DNA of 63,700 nucleotides, counting the filler, from Dugesia japonica (lineage: Eukaryota), in assembly GCA_001938525.1 (NCBI GenBank). It is 6 parts of 6 records of this genome, joined end to end, with 100 filler letters (N's around TTAATTAATTAA, not from the genome) between each part and the next. Parts side by side here need not be neighbours in the genome. Positions count along the whole stretch, not along the records: positions 1 to 13,307 come from MQRL01645937.1; positions 13,408 to 23,044 come from MQRL01578434.1; 4 more parts are not named here. The stretch is one strand, 5' to 3'. Of the stretch, positions 1-14,557 are shown in pieces (position 1 is the first letter of the stretch; every line of letters starts with the position of its first letter). The position numbers and the translations under genes were made by a program. The notes beneath the pieces were generated by a model that was given only the letters and a program-made list of their open reading frames with translations, had not been told where the DNA came from and did no database searches.

Positions 1-559
1 AATAATAATAATAATAATACAAATAAATAATTGATTATACAGGTTTTTGCAGAAATATATTTAAAATGTTTCAAAATATATTTAAAATAATAAATGTTCA
101 AAATATAAGAAAATCAAATATTTCAATACTTATATACATTTATTGAAATAAATTCTTGTTTTGCAATATATTTTGAAACTTTTTAAATATATTTCTGCAA
201 AAACCTGTAATGAATAAATCATTGATATATAGTATTAATAACAATAAAAATGTCTTATATTAACAAATTTACTATTTTCAATGTAATTTGTTTATAATGA
301 ATTCTTAAGTTTCTACAACCTTAATCGAAGAATTTGTTTTTTCTTTCAGTATGTAATTNAGTAATAAGAAAGAATAATTTAATACTGTTAAATTGTAATA
401 CTTTTATTTGTGATGATCTGAATAAGTTGTTCAATATAAAATGTTCTTTTATCCTTAATTTTCAACTAAATTTAGTCTTCAATAATTACTTTAGATTTTA
501 TAGCCCATTAGATAGTTTGAAAAACACTGATTCTTAGAATATATTTTCCTACTTTTTGT

Positions 560-1362
560 TTAGGGTTGTTAAAAATCAAGAGGAATAATGGGTATTTCTG
601 AATTACTTTTTATAAATTTAAACGTGTCAAAACTATTGAGCAAGTTAACAAGGACTTCTGTGGTGCTTTTAAACAGTATTTGTGAAGAACACAGTACAGC
701 GGTGGTTTATTAAGTTTAAAAACCTGAAAACAAAAAATGAAAATGTAAATTATGCAGGCAAGCTAGTATGTTTAGCAACTACAATTTGAAAGCTTTAACG
801 AAACAAAAATAGTGTATAACATTTCGAGAGGTTGTCACTAATCTTGAAATAAGTATTACTATTCATTGAAATAGTTATAAATACTCGAAAAATGGATTCC
901 ACAAAAACTCAACGAAAATGAGAAGTATTGTCGTTTTGATATATCTTCACTGCTTTTACGCAATCAAAACAATCATTTTAATCGCATAATTAGGTGTAAT
1001 GAGAAATGGAATATTACGACAATCATCATACATCAGCGCAGTGGCTTGATTCAGATGAAATTATTTTTCATCCATCCTACTTATCAGTTCAGTCGTCAAC
1101 TGACCTTGTTTTTTTTTAAAAACTTATCTTTCCCACTGAAAACTTTCATCAATTTAGGCATCAAGGGGGACTTTAAACAATTTATATATTTTTAAATTCC
1201 AAATGTTGTATTAATGGAAAAAAATAAATTTCGTTCTCGTTAGCAGAAACGTATTGAATCTAACAGTATTTAGCTTGATAATCTATCATTTATTTTGATT
1301 TGATTTATGATTGAGTAAAATAAAGATTGAAAAAGATACATTTCATATTGAACAACCTATTA
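560..1362 (+). mobile_element. Degenerate, internally deleted mariner
   Basis: Remnant KWIPQKLNENEK...IIRCNEKW..YDN (WVPHEL and TGDEKW motifs). Imperfect TIRs tagggttgtt / aacaacctatta. Confidence 0.75.
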
Positions 1363-1863
1363 TTATTTTATACTAGGCTTCAGTTTACTGATTATAAAGA
1401 TTTTATTTTATGTAAATGCAGTTCTTTGTACGTAAATATATACTTTGTTAATTAAAGAATTATTTATCGATTTCAGGATAACAAACCAAATTTGCAATCA
1501 ACTGGCTAATAGAAATTTTAAAATATCCAAAAAGTGTTGTTCTTGGAAACCCCCAGGAATTTCAATTTTATTTTGTAATTTCACATGCAAAGTGAAGATT
1601 AATCAATTCAGACCAATGTTAAAACTAAATTTGAATAAAAATCAATATCTCTATAAATCAAACAAAAATTATAAGTTAGAATAGTTGAATTTATTCACAA
1701 TTTGGGATAAGGATTTATTTTGGAAGTAGATAGAAAAATAGTATAAACTATTAAAGTTAATTGATATTTATCAGGTGTAATAAAATCTGGCGCTTTATTG
1801 ATTTTATAATATCTAAAGTTTATATAATTTTCTCATGAATTATTGAAAATTTATATTTTTCAG

Positions 1864-4800
1864 TCACAAAGAAGCCACTTTCATCAAAGGTAATAATATT
1901 GTTTTAATTTACATTTATTGAATTTATATGTTATCCGTTCTTGTTTTAACATGAATGATTGTCTAAATTATATTTAAAAATTAATTTGTGAATATATTAA
2001 ACCAAAAATTTTGCTTCATAGTTTCAATAAAATATTTAGATTTTGTTTGAGCTTTCTTTTTAATTGATTTCTAATCTGTCGATAAGTATTGTTTGTCATT
2101 TTTTAAAAAGCTATGATTAACTTGATATATGAGCCAAAAACTTGAGTGGTTGAAACCTGCAAATCACTTATTTTTTAGAAGAACTAGAACCACAACTGTA
2201 ATCTCGATATGTAATAATATTTCTCAACTATGTTGATTGTTTTAAAAAATCAGCTTAACATATTTCATATACAAGGCAAAAGAGTTCAATATCTAAAAAT
2301 CAGTTCTTTAATCATGTTGTATTTGTATGAAAACCCAGAAAATAAAGTCCATATTTTTTCAAAAGCTTTAATTTATATCAAAAATTGTTATTTTTACATA
2401 TAATTACTTAAATATAATATATAAATAGTTATATTTTTACTGTCAAATATTTTAAAAATAATTTAATTTTGAAATGAAAATAATTTCTACAGAAATTTTA
2501 ATTTATCAATAAATAAAAAATGTCTTAATTTTTTCGTTTTAAGAATTTTTTAAATTTAGGTGAAGGAGTTTTACGAATATTTATTAAAGGAAGACCAATT
2601 AATTTATACGTTCCGAATTCATTGACCGACGGATTTGATATTAAGAGTCCAATACAAGAACCTCAGGAAAATTTAAGAATGGAATGGGTGTATCCTTTTA
2701 AAATTACACACATTATATATATATATATATATATATATACGCTCACATAGGTTGTTATTGATATATATAATTTAATATTATTTTATTTTCTCAGTTGACA
2801 GTTTTAATGGGTGTATCGACGTAGCTGTTATTTCACTGAGTTAATAATCGATGAATTTCTCTTTTCATGAAATCATTGATTTTATATCATTATTGTCTGT
2901 TTTGTTTTATCCTTGACAATACTGAATTTAGATATGGATATCGAGGTAAAGATTGCAGGAAAAATTTATTCTATTTACCAACGGGGGATCTTGTATATTT
3001 TGTTGCTGGTATTGTAGTATTGCACAATTTAAATACGGAAATTCAGAGACACTACGTGGAACACACGGATGATATCAAATGGTATTCATAAGTTATAAAT
3101 GTTTTAAATTACTTTTTTTATTTCTACAGTATGGCATTGCATCCTGATAAAGTTACTTTTGCTACTGGACAAGTAGCCGGTCATTCTAAAGTTGAAGGAA
3201 AAGTAAGAAAATGCCATCTGAATTTATCAATTATTACAATATTTAGCCCCATGTTCGTATTTGGAGTTCGATTTCACTACAAACATTGCACACTATTGGC
3301 TTAGGATTTTTTGAAAGAGCTGTCAGTGCTTTGGGCTTCTCTAAATTAGTAAGTTTTATACCTAGATTTTAAATACAAGAGAAAATAAATATATTTTTAA
3401 AATCTAATTAATGAAAATATCAAAAATTCTATCATTATAATTCATAAATTTGACTTCTTCAATAGCATAGTAATTATCATTTGGGTTTATAATTCATCAT
3501 TTTTCATTTTAAATTTACCAGAAAAATTTAGAGAAAAATAAGCATTTAATTTACAAAAAACATAGTTATCTTTTTAGACAATCTCAAGTAATTATTCATA
3601 CATATTAAAATTAATAACAATGATAACAAATTCAGGACTGCTATAATTAACTAGATTCTTGGAAAAATTGATATTTATTCAATTTGTTTGAAATTTTTAT
3701 TATAAATAATTTGGTATGAAGTTCAGCAAATATTAATTATTCTAATATGACAATGTTTTCTAACTTTTGAGCCTTCAAACTTTAAATTTTATTTATCTTC
3801 ATTTTAGATTGCAACTACTTTTAGAAGTAATTTGTTTGTAAATGATCATTTGTTTTTCATATAACGAATCAAATAGTTTAAAAAGTAGAAAAAATTTGAA
3901 TGATACATTATAAACAAATTTTTTTTTAATGGTTTAGAGTTTTAATGAAATTTTATTTTCAATCAATCGCTAATTTATATCTATTCTTGGGAATTGGTGA
4001 ATTAGAATAACTTGACAGTAAAAATTTGTTAATTAGATTTGTAGTTGAAGTTTTTATTTAACTAATTAATTGTTTTAAACATCAATTACACATAATACTA
4101 ATTTCTGTCAATGATGATAATAGTGATAATACACAAATACATGACACATCTATTTAACCAGCACGAAGATATGTCGTTCTTTGATACAAGTCTAAAACTT
4201 GCACAAAATTTGATATTTTATCCCATTCATTACTCATGAGTTTTTTGCCTTGAAATTGATTTTCCTCTAGCAACATATAAACATTTAAAACTTTTTTAGG
4301 TTCTTTAAAATGAAATAGGAAACACAAGCATATTATAAAATTGCAATGAAACTTATAAACTGAATAAACTCCAGCAAGATATTTCAACAAGATGAAAGAA
4401 ATATTATTTACATAATGTTGCATAGTTTGCTTTAAAAATGTTTCGGTATTTGCTGACTTCAATCCATGTAATATGCTTAATTGTAAGCTATGTGCAATGT
4501 GATGAGTATGAACAAAAGCTGCCTTTTTAAGTGCAAAACGTATATTCCAAGCATTATCAGTTGAATTTTTTCTGTAATATTCCAGTTTAAAGCAAGTAGT
4601 TTATATATTTCAGCAATATAGTTACCAGACATGCGCACACTTAAAAAGCCCACATGAATAAAATTCCACATGGATAAAAGTCCACATGGATAAAAGCTCA
4701 CATGAACATTTGTATATTTGGGCTTTTTTCGTGTGGGCTTTGGTCATTGAACTTATTTGAATAGTGGAGTTCAACAACATTAACACATTCGTTAAAAAAA

Positions 4801-7800
4801 TTAACGATAATTATTTGATTTTTACAACCCTATTTTGTTCTAAAAGAGATAACTCGCGAATATTCGACAAACATAACACAAAACAAATGAAGAATTATTA
4901 TTTTAAAACAAACTCAAGGAATAATATCAAGAATTTATATTGTAAATTAAGGAATTGAAATTATAAATATAGCAGTGAAATTAATAATTTGAAATGAGAT
5001 TGTGGGAAAGTTATAATGTTGAACGTGTGAGAATTAAATAATATATTGTATTATTTAGAAATGGCATATTTTACAATGTAAAATGAGTCGAGGTAATTAT
5101 GGCTTTTATGCACTCATTACGTTTTATAACAATATTAATTTTTCTAAAATTTCTTTATTTAATATTTGCTTTTAGTTGATAGTGTTTGATTTAACTCTTA
5201 ACAGTTTCACTGCTTATTTGTGCAACAAAAATCATTAAAATTTTTCTAATGTTAATTTTTTTTAACTTCACAAAATTGCTGAGAAATAATTACGAGGTTA
5301 TACTGAAAATTTATAAAATTTATTACGTTGGTAAATAAGTTTCCGCTTTTTTTTATTAAAATCATTTATAGAAAAAACCAACTATTATTTTGTATTTACA
5401 AATAACAAATTAATCAAATATATAGTCGCCATCATTGTTCAAGACTGTTTTTCATTTCTCAACCAATTTTTGATCCCATTTTGCCAGAAATTGCTTGGCC
5501 GAGTTTCGAAGAAATTGTCGATCCAGTTTTTGAGATTTTCGTTCTTGAAAGTTAAATCCTTTATTTGATTGGATAACGAGTGGATAAAGTAGAAGTCAGA
5601 CGACGCCAGATCAGGAGACTACGGCGGATGCTGAAGAACCTCCCATATGAGCTCTGGTATGTCTATATTTACTACCTTTGCTGTGTGTGAAAGTGTGTTG
5701 TCGTGAAGCAGGATGATTTGGCTTCGTCGATAAAGTCTTCTCAGCTGAATAGCCTTGTTCAATTGATGCTACTGAGCTACATAAAGTTCCTTGGTAATTG
5801 TCTTATTTTTGTCAAGGATTTCTCATGCACCAAATACTTCCAGACCAACCAGACACAAATCATTCTTTCACTCTTGGCTTAGACGTGACTCCCTTAGTTA
5901 CTCACATTTTCCACTGTCTCATAATGACGTAGAGGCAACATTTTTCGTCTCGTCACGATTCTATACAGGCACTGCTCTTTGTGCCGGGCGATATGTTACG
6001 CTGAAATTTTTTAAAAATTTTCTTTTTTTTCAAAATTATCATTTTTCAAATGATTATCTTCTGGAGTCCTTGCAGCTATTACATTATCTCCATACACGGC
6101 ACAAATTTGTCGTATCGCTACCGTGGCTTTCTGACCACGACGAAAGGCAAAGTTAAGTAAATGTCGAAAGTAAATTTTTTAACGCTTGGAATTTCCATTT
6201 ATAGAGCTAAAAATATAGGCACAATCCAGTTATTTAGAAAAATGATGATAATAGGTTTGTTTATGACTATATACAAATAACTATATACATTTTGCCAAAC
6301 AATTTACAAAATAGCGATAGAAAAGCAACATAAAAAATGTGGGAACTTATTTACCAATCTAATACAACTGATATCAACACGTAAGTTAAACTAAAATAAT
6401 ATTATAGCTGGACATTAAACTTATAGAAATATCAACAAGTGAGATTGAACAAGTTTTCTTTATCTATTTTAGTGTTAATTATATAAAAATGTATGTTTTA
6501 GCAAAATTTATTGATTTATCAAAAATTATCGTACAAAATCCAATAGCCAAAATAAAATGTTATTCAGTATATTAAGTTGTAAATTTACAGTTAAAAATAA
6601 TTTATATTTATCTCCATAGCCGTAGAATGTCAAACATAAAAGATTCTCAAAAAGATTTTATGGTAATTCGCTATTTATATTAAGTCTTCCACACAATTTT
6701 CTAAGTTATATCTTTTTAACTAAAGAAAATACAAATTAAACTAAAAAATTTTTGTGATTATAATTATCTTTAGGATAATTGTTTTTAATTTTAAGTTTAG
6801 AAGCGAATCTTAAAACAAAATTTGGAGATTAATAAAATTTTGTTTTGATTAATTTTGAATTTAGATTTGTTAAATTCGATCAATTATAAGTATAATTATA
6901 ATCAGAAAAAATGAAATTTTATACTGAATAAGGAGTTAATGAATAAAACAAGTTAGATTAATCGTATTCAAGATCGAAAAGGGTAGATCGATTATATTCC
7001 TTATATAGTTGATATTGAATTTATATTTGTTAATTGATCTAATGGATTTGGATGAATCTAGATATGTGAAGTTATTTTTTGGGCTTGTATGTTTATATTT
7101 ATTTATTTGTTTGTAAACCCCAGAAATTTATTAAGAATTATTTTTAATCTTAATTATAAATTAAAACTACTTTTGCTTTTAAACTTTTTAAAGTAATTAT
7201 TACAAAAAGATTGAATTTTTTGATTCTCTGAAATTCTTCTTTTCATATTTTTAAATTTTACAATTTAAATGGGAATATTTTCTTTTAAAATCAGTTTAGT
7301 ATTTATTATAAGTATAGATTGAATAGAAAAATTCAAATCAATTCATTTTATTATGACTACACAATATTCTCGACAAATTCGATATCCTAAAATATTATTG
7401 TAACTTAAAGACACATTCCGATTTTAGGAAAATGTTCTTTCTATATCAGACAGCGTAAATTGAACGTAGAAAACTAATAAAAATTTTCAACAGTTCTACT
7501 AAATAGAAAAAAATCAAATTATATAATTTTTTATAAATTATAATATTTTTACAAATTATAATATTATATAAAATTTTATAAAATTTTAGTTAAAAATTTA
7601 CCATAAAATCTTGAATATTTTAATGAAGATTTTCGTCAATTTTGTTTAAATTCTAATTAACCAGTTATGCATTGGATTTACGTATATTTACTTATTAGTT
7701 TGATATGAAAATATAAGCCGGAAGAAATGAAAACAATAATTTCCTCTCTAACTACACATTGGACAAAAACTAATCAATATAAATTGAAATTGAAATTAAT

Positions 7801-9603
7801 AAATTTTCCTACTCTGATTTCTTGAATAAATACAAAAGTTTGATGCGAGTATTGTCATTTTCATTAAATAATTATTTGTTTAATTGTATTATGGTGAGTA
7901 ATTAGGTATTGCTGCGCAATTTGAAATTTTTGCATTTTCATGTATTAAAAATTTAAAATATTATATTTTTGATAAATTAAATTATCTTTTAATTATTTAA
8001 AATATTAAAGTGTAATTAATTTATTAGAAATTCATGTCTTGGATAAGTTTTTTTAGTTTGAGGTCCTTAAACTTTTTTTGATATTTAAATTTTTAAAATT
8101 AATACCAATTTTAGTTTCAATTTATATTTCTTAAAATAATTTTTAATATTTAACTAAAATTATAATAAAGTAAACTTTTTTGATAATTAAGTGTCGTTAG
8201 TTTTCATATTTTAAATCTGGTAAAATTTTATTTCAAGTACACTTTCATAATAACTATAATTTAATGGAGAGTATTTTCCTTTAATAGTATAATTATAACT
8301 TTTTTTGCTATTGATTGACTTATTCTATTCTTTAAACTATTTTAAAATGATAGAATAATAGAATAAATATTTATTATTATACTTTTAACGTCATTTTCGA
8401 AAGAGTGTGGTCTCATGGACAAGTGGTTTTCAAAAAATTACAATTTCTTACAAATATACTTATTTATTTATCAATAAAAGTCAATTTGAAGTAATCTATA
8501 AACAATGAATATAACGCTTTATGAATAAAACAATTTATTTTAGTATGATACATGGGATATTGGGCAACCAATGCATTCATAGAATCTACACCATCGATAG
8601 TTTTATTTATAAACTAGTCTTGCAACATGTCATAAATGACGGAAGTAAAATTAATCCTAGTATAATTGTAATGATAATTTTATCTATCAATAATGGCAGT
8701 AGTAATTTTTAGAGTTACACGCTTTCAGCTAAAAACATAAATGTTATGAAAATTATGTCTATGATTATTATTGGTATTTTTTGAAACTAATTAATTAATG
8801 CTATTACATGTCATTAAATTTTAAGTATATTATGAATCAAAAAATTAACTCGAATTAGCTTATTATTTAGATGTTTTTGACTGAAGACTGTTGATATATT
8901 GAACAATTCTTTAAAATAGAAAAAGTATATTTGTGATAGTCACATTTTAAAAAATTATTTTTGATTATTAAAAACTGATTGAAAAACAGAATCGAATTTC
9001 TTAATTTTATGTATAGAATATATTAACACAAAATCAAATAGATAATTACGATTACTTTTTGGTTTTAACATTATTTTTTATTTTAATAATCGATTATTTA
9101 ATAATGATAATTATTACGTTTTAGTGAATTTATTTTTCTTAGGATGGAGGGAAATTATTATGTACTGTTGATGAAGCTAATGATCACAATATAACGGTTT
9201 GGAATTGGGCAACTACCAAAAGTATATGTACATCCAAGGTAAGCATCATTGGTTGAAAAATTACCATAATTGATTTTAAGAGTTCAACTGAAGCCGTTAT
9301 AGAAGCTGAATTCAATCCCACTGATAACAACGTCATTGTAACTTGCGGTAAAAATCATCTAGCATTTTGGATTTTAGAGAAAAGCACTCTGGTAAAGAAA
9401 ATGGCTATTTTTGAAGTATTTTTTTTTTTGATACAATGGAAATTACAAACGAATTTAGAAATATGAAAAACCGAAGTTCACAACCTGTGTAACATTTACT
9501 AATACTGGTGAACTCATTACAGGAGATTCTTCCGGAAATATTTACTTTTGGAGTCGTGGTAAATAATTATTTCTAATCATAATTATTATTAATTGATTAG
9601 CTG

Positions 9604-9670
<67 letters not shown>

Positions 9671-9720
9671 NNNNNNNNNNNNNNNNNNNNNNNNNNNNNN
9701 NNNNNNNNNNNNNNNNNNNN

Positions 9721-9787
<67 letters not shown>

Positions 9788-12093
9788 ATAAATAGTCAAT
9801 AATGATCATTCTTTAGAAAAACGATCAATTACTTCAGCAATTTTGCAAGCGCACAACGGTCCAATATTTTCGTTATTTATTACCGAAGCTGGATCACTTC
9901 TTACAGGTGGTGGAAAGGATCATGCTATTTTTGAATGGGACTTATCAAAAAAAGAAAAATCTGGTAGAAATATACAATTGACCAATGAACATGGATTTTG
10001 CAGAACAATTTCGGAGGTGAATGATAAATTGGTGGTTGGAACAACAAATAACGCTATTATAGAGGTTGATAATTTTTTTTCATTCAATATCTTGAATTCT
10101 ATATTCTTTTTTTAGGTAACTGGAAATGATGAATTCATTAATTTACTTAACGGCCATTCTGATGAGGTGTGGGCTATTGACAGCCATCCTTCAAAGGAGC
10201 AATTTATAACGGGTGGTCATGATCGTAAACTAATTTTGTGGGATGCTTTGACTCATACTGTTCTATTGTCGAAACAGTTTGAGAAAAATATCCAATCCGT
10301 TTCGTTAAACCCAACAGCTGATTTTGTAGCAGTAGGATGTATTGAAGGTCACTGGTATGTGTGCGATATAAATGAATTCAAAGAGATTCATCAAGGTAAA
10401 GATGGTAACGAACCAATTCAAAGTATTGAATTTAGCCCAGGTTTTTTTATTTGTGAAATAAACATTCTTAAACATTTACCATTGTTACTTTTAGATGGGT
10501 CTCATCTTGCAGTAGGATCAAGAGACAATTTCATCTACATTTATAAAGTAAGTCATGAAACTAACGAAGTTTCCAAAGTAGGAAAATGTTCCGGTCACTC
10601 TAGTTTTATTACACACTTGGATTGGTCTACTGATGGATTGTATTTGAGAAGCAATTCAGGTGATTATGAACTTCTTTTTTGGAACATACCAGAGTGCAAA
10701 CAATTAACAGCTGCAAGTACACTGTCAGATGTTAAATGGCATTCTGCAAATTGCACATTAACTTTTGAAGTAGCTGGAATTTGGCCAGAAGGTTCTGATG
10801 GAACTGATATCAATGCTGTAACTAAAGCACACAGTAAATTAATCCTCGCTACAGCAGATGACTTCGGAAAAGTTAATCTTTACCGTTATCCAGCATGTAA
10901 TCCAAAAGTAAAAATTTTATTCATTTCAAAAATTGATTTTGAGAATTGCGCCTTCAATTTAAAAATGTCAATAATTTAATAGAAAAAATAGACGAGAGAT
11001 TGTTTGGGGAATTTTCTAGTAAATTTTTTTTGTTCTTTATGAAATTATTGTTAGGTGGGTCTGTGATTCATGCAATATTTATTAAAAATAAAAATATTTA
11101 ATTTTGAAAATTTTTCATTAAAAAATTTTTCAAATTTTAATTAAATAATTATTATTTTACTAATTATTTATGTAAATTTTTTTTTCATGTTTTTTTATTT
11201 ATTTTGAAATAAAATTTTATTATAAAATTTATTAAAACAATTATAAAATTATAAAAACTTTTTTTAATATTGAAAATATTTTTTTCGAAATAATTTTTTA
11301 TATTTAAATCTTTTTTATTTTTTATCTTAAAATTTTACATATTATAAAATTAAACTTCATTTGAATATTTTAAATTCAAATTATTTTAAATAAACTTATT
11401 TTTTAATGTTTAAAAATATCAAAGCTGAAATCTTATAAAAATTTAGCTATGCAATTAATATTTTTTATCTATGTTTATAAAAAGTAAAATATTTACAATT
11501 TGTCTGAATAGTTAATGATGTATATTTGTAAAAATTTTTTAAAAAAATATTAATATTTCTCTAAAATGTTAGATTCTGTGAATTAAATGACAAAATAATA
11601 AGTATAATTTCAAATCTTACATCCAGTAATTTATTAGCTATGAATTGATGAGAACATCTAATGTCTAAATCTAATTAAAATTGGTTGTTCGTATTACAAT
11701 ACTCGAATATAGGTCATAAAACGAATTTTTAGCAATTGTAATAATTGAATTTATTTCTTGCTGAATTAAATACGATTGGAGATTTTTCTTGTAATTATAG
11801 AATAGATCAACGCGATTCACTATGATTCGAGAAATTAAAGATTTAGTTAATTATTTTGATATTAATATTTAATATTATTTTTTAAAAATGTATAAATTTA
11901 CTGGTTAATGAATTTTAAATTTATTTACTTTTTTTAAACTATTCGTTTAAATATTTATTAATTTTAGACAGCCCATAAGATATACAAAGGTCATAGCAGT
12001 CATGTAACTGGCGTGAAGTTTCTTGTTGAAGATCATCGACTTATGAGCGCTGGAGGTCAAGACACAGCAATAGTTCAATGGGCTCTTACTTGA
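1864..12093 (+). CDS. EML: Echinoderm microtubule-associated protein-like (EML/EMAP) gene, HELP + WD40 TAPE domain; 5' exons lie outside the window
   Basis: Manually spliced exons ~1864-1889, 2560-2689, 2932-3081, 3130-3202, 3247-3348, 9143-9238, 9281-9415, 9459-9558, 9817-10064, 10115-10440, 10495-10907, 11968-12093, with GT-AG boundaries and many introns of ~42-54 nt. They encode FIKGRP, LRMEWVYGYRGKDCRKNL, HPDKVTFATGQVAG, GHSSFITHLDWS, SNSGDYELLFW, WPEGSDGTDINAV and GHSSHVT, all hallmark EML motifs. Confidence 0.95.
2690..2931 (+). other. U12-type (minor spliceosome) GT-AG intron in EML
   Basis: 5' site GTATCCTTTT at 2690. Branch TCCTTGAC at 2910-2917 with the A 15 nt from the AG at 2930-2931. 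Splicing restores EWV-YGY. Confidence 0.92.
4640..4745. repeat. Short ~15-bp tandem/inverted repeats (aaagyccacatggat), resembling the subterminal repeats of a DNA transposon
   Basis: Four direct units followed by reverse-complement units (gtgtgggcttt). Confidence 0.5.
5321..6364 (-). mobile_element. Degenerate mariner inside the large EML intron
   Basis: TIRs tattacgttggtaaataagtttcc / gggaacttatttaccaatctaata. The minus strand encodes LQHPP*SPDLASSDFY (YSPDL motif). Confidence 0.88.
9604..9787. repeat. (TTA/AAT)n microsatellite (others at ~17719-17780 and ~26850-27025)
   Basis: Direct trinucleotide runs, partly N. Confidence 0.95.
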
Positions 12094-12879
12094 AAGATAA
12101 TTATAGGAGAAATGAAAATTGGAATATTGACATCTGAATTATTAGTTTTTATTGTTATTAATTCTATTTAGTTTATATGATTTAAAATTTGCAAGATTTA
12201 ATTTTTGTATCAGTGTGCGTGTGTGTGTGTGTGAAATCGATGTTGCAATTATTTATGGAATTTTAATTTATCTGGCTCTCATTAGTGTATCTTTAACCTT
12301 TCAAGGGTTATAGTGCTTAATTTGTTTAGACTATTTATTTCGAATTTTATCTAAATCAAATATAAAAATAATATTGTTATGAATAAAATATTATTTTTCG
12401 CATTCCATTTACATTATTTTTTAATTTCTAGTTTTCTTAAAACTTTATTTTAAATTAATCAAAAATACATTTAGATAAATGCAAATATTTTCTAAGTTTA
12501 AAATACGCCAAGCTTAGTTTAAGTAGTGGTTTGCTTCCGCAATTGCAATCTTGTAATAAAGTTAATCTAAAGAGAAACTCGCACTTTAAATTTGGATTAA
12601 TTCACTTCCAGTAATGAATACAAGATATTACGCCATGATCATGCACAGAATTGACAAATTCGAGAATGATTAGAGAATCAGAAGCAGTTATTTTACTCTT
12701 CTGTTGTATTGATTAATTGAGATTGTTTCGACTTTGGTTTTTCACGGATTTCAAAATTGATTGTTTATTATTGTATACTGTTTACGTTGGCTTTTATAAT
12801 TGTATTAAGCTGTCTGGAAAATTCTTTCAGTTTTTCACTATGAAATATTAAAAGCGATTTTTAAACACAAAATTTTTAA

Positions 12880-13260
12880 CCTAAAACTTAATAGCCATTA
12901 TTATCGGCAATTTCCCATTTCTCAGTCAATATCATGTCTGACAATAAACATTTGAGTCAATTGTAGTTTTAACTAGAAAGATTTCAAAATATACAATTTC
13001 TTTATAATCCAGCCATAATGACAGCATGAAATTTTCTGTTGAGTTTCAGTCTAAGCTGTTGTTTGAGGTGGGTCACTCGGCTTAGACAATGATCTTCTGC
13101 ATTTAATATTATTGTATAAAGTCCATTCAATGATCAGTTATGGGTTTCTTCATGAATAGGTTGGTATAATTACATCTTAAAAACATATCGCCGATATCAT
13201 TTCTTGGCACTAAATAATTTTTTTTCAATTTATGTGGTGTGAGGTAAATTAAATAGACAG
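12880..13260 (-). mobile_element. Mariner transposase fragment
   Basis: Frameshifted minus-strand remnants NIKCRRSLSKP and MLSLWLDYKEIVYFE..TIDSNVYCQ. Confidence 0.65.
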
Positions 13261-13307
13261 ATTGATTCGGGGAATTTTTTTGTGGCAAATCAATAAAAGA
13301 ATAATAA

Positions 13308-13407
13308 NNNNNNNNNNNNNNNNNNNNNNNNNNNNNNNNNNNNNNNNNNNNTTAATTAATTAANNNNNNNNNNNNNNNNNNNNNNNNNNNNNNNNNNNNN
13401 NNNNNNN
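13308..13407. other. Artificial contig spacer (also 23045-23144, 32272-32371, 44016-44115, 55318-55417)
   Basis: Five identical N44-TTAATTAATTAA-N44 blocks. The 12-mer has stops in all six frames. Confidence 0.95.
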
Positions 13408-14130
13408 AAAATATTACGAATTTTTTATGTATTCATTATTTCTGAAAATTTGATCTAAAGAAGACAATTCGTCAAATAATAGGAAATTAAGACGTGTGCT
13501 TTAAAGAGTAATGACATATTTATATAGTCAAACTAAAATAAATAATTGTCAATGTTAAATATTAAAAATATCGATTGTTAAACTTTGGACTTAAGGAAAT
13601 TCAACATTTCATACTTAATGGCCTAATATTTGTTAGTATTAGAAATTTATCATTGTTTTTCGTTTTATCTTTATTATAATTATTAAATAACAGTGTAACC
13701 TTGGATTTTAAGCACACATAATTAAATTAGTTTTTTTTACTTTTAATAGATAACATGATTTTTTTTAATCATTTCGATGTAAAATTCGTTTATGATCAGA
13801 ATAAATGAGCTTCTGTTACTCGAATTTCTTAATTTATTAAAGTCACAAGTATTAATTGATTTCTATTTATTTGAATTTTAATATTAACAGTTTGATGTGT
13901 TTTGAAAAATAATAAACAACACCCCGAAATGTACTGCAAGCCTTAAATACATCAAACAAGACAATAAAAGAACAGAAAACTGTCAGAATTTAGATAAGTA
14001 TTCTCTCATTTCCTCGTACAAACCTTTTTCTCTTATTTCAATTTATTACTGTTAGTAAATGTAACGCAAGATTTCAGTACAAGTATAAATTTTTAAAAAT
14101 CTCATCTAAAACTATACTTTTACAAATGCA

Positions 14131-14254
14131 ATTATTGTGGGAATAATTGTTGGACTTAACCATTGATTGAATTTGAGATTTCATTAAAATAAAGAAAAAG
14201 CTTCGATCCAAATAATATTTTGATCGAAGCTTTTTCTTTATTTTAATGAAATCT
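14131..14254. repeat. Dispersed fold-back repeat, probably a Penelope-like pseudo-LTR (copies at ~24060-24210, 48735-48792, 49376-49519)
   Basis: Shared tgtg(g/a)gaataattgttggacttaacc...gagatttcattaaaataa sequence. Perfect 33-bp inverted repeat at 14176-14208 / 14222-14254. The 24060 copy carries a hammerhead core. Confidence 0.75.
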
Positions 14255-14557
14255 ATAACGATACATACTGTCTTTTAATAGTTGGAGTTTTGTGAATTAA
14301 TTAATTTTTAAATTATTACTGTTAATTTAGTTTCAGTTTTTGTTTAAATAATATTGGAGTTTGTGCGAAATATTAAAAATTTTATAGTAAGCTTTTTTGG
14401 AATTTTAATAATTGTTTATTTACTAAATTTGTAATTTATTATCTGTGTAATTTATTATTTTAATATTTTATAAAATAGAAAATTTTATACTATTAGATTT
14501 GAACCATTACAGATTGGGAAGAAAGAAGAATATAAATATATCGTGTATTAGAAATAA

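Noticed and set aside
4154-4462. Possible MULE transposase remnant (CFLFHF, RTT)
   Set aside because: Motif similarity is too weak to support without a search.
9597-9809. Poly-N/poly-I ORFs (also 17634-17876 and 26794-27073)
   Set aside because: Translations of (AAT)n microsatellites and N runs.
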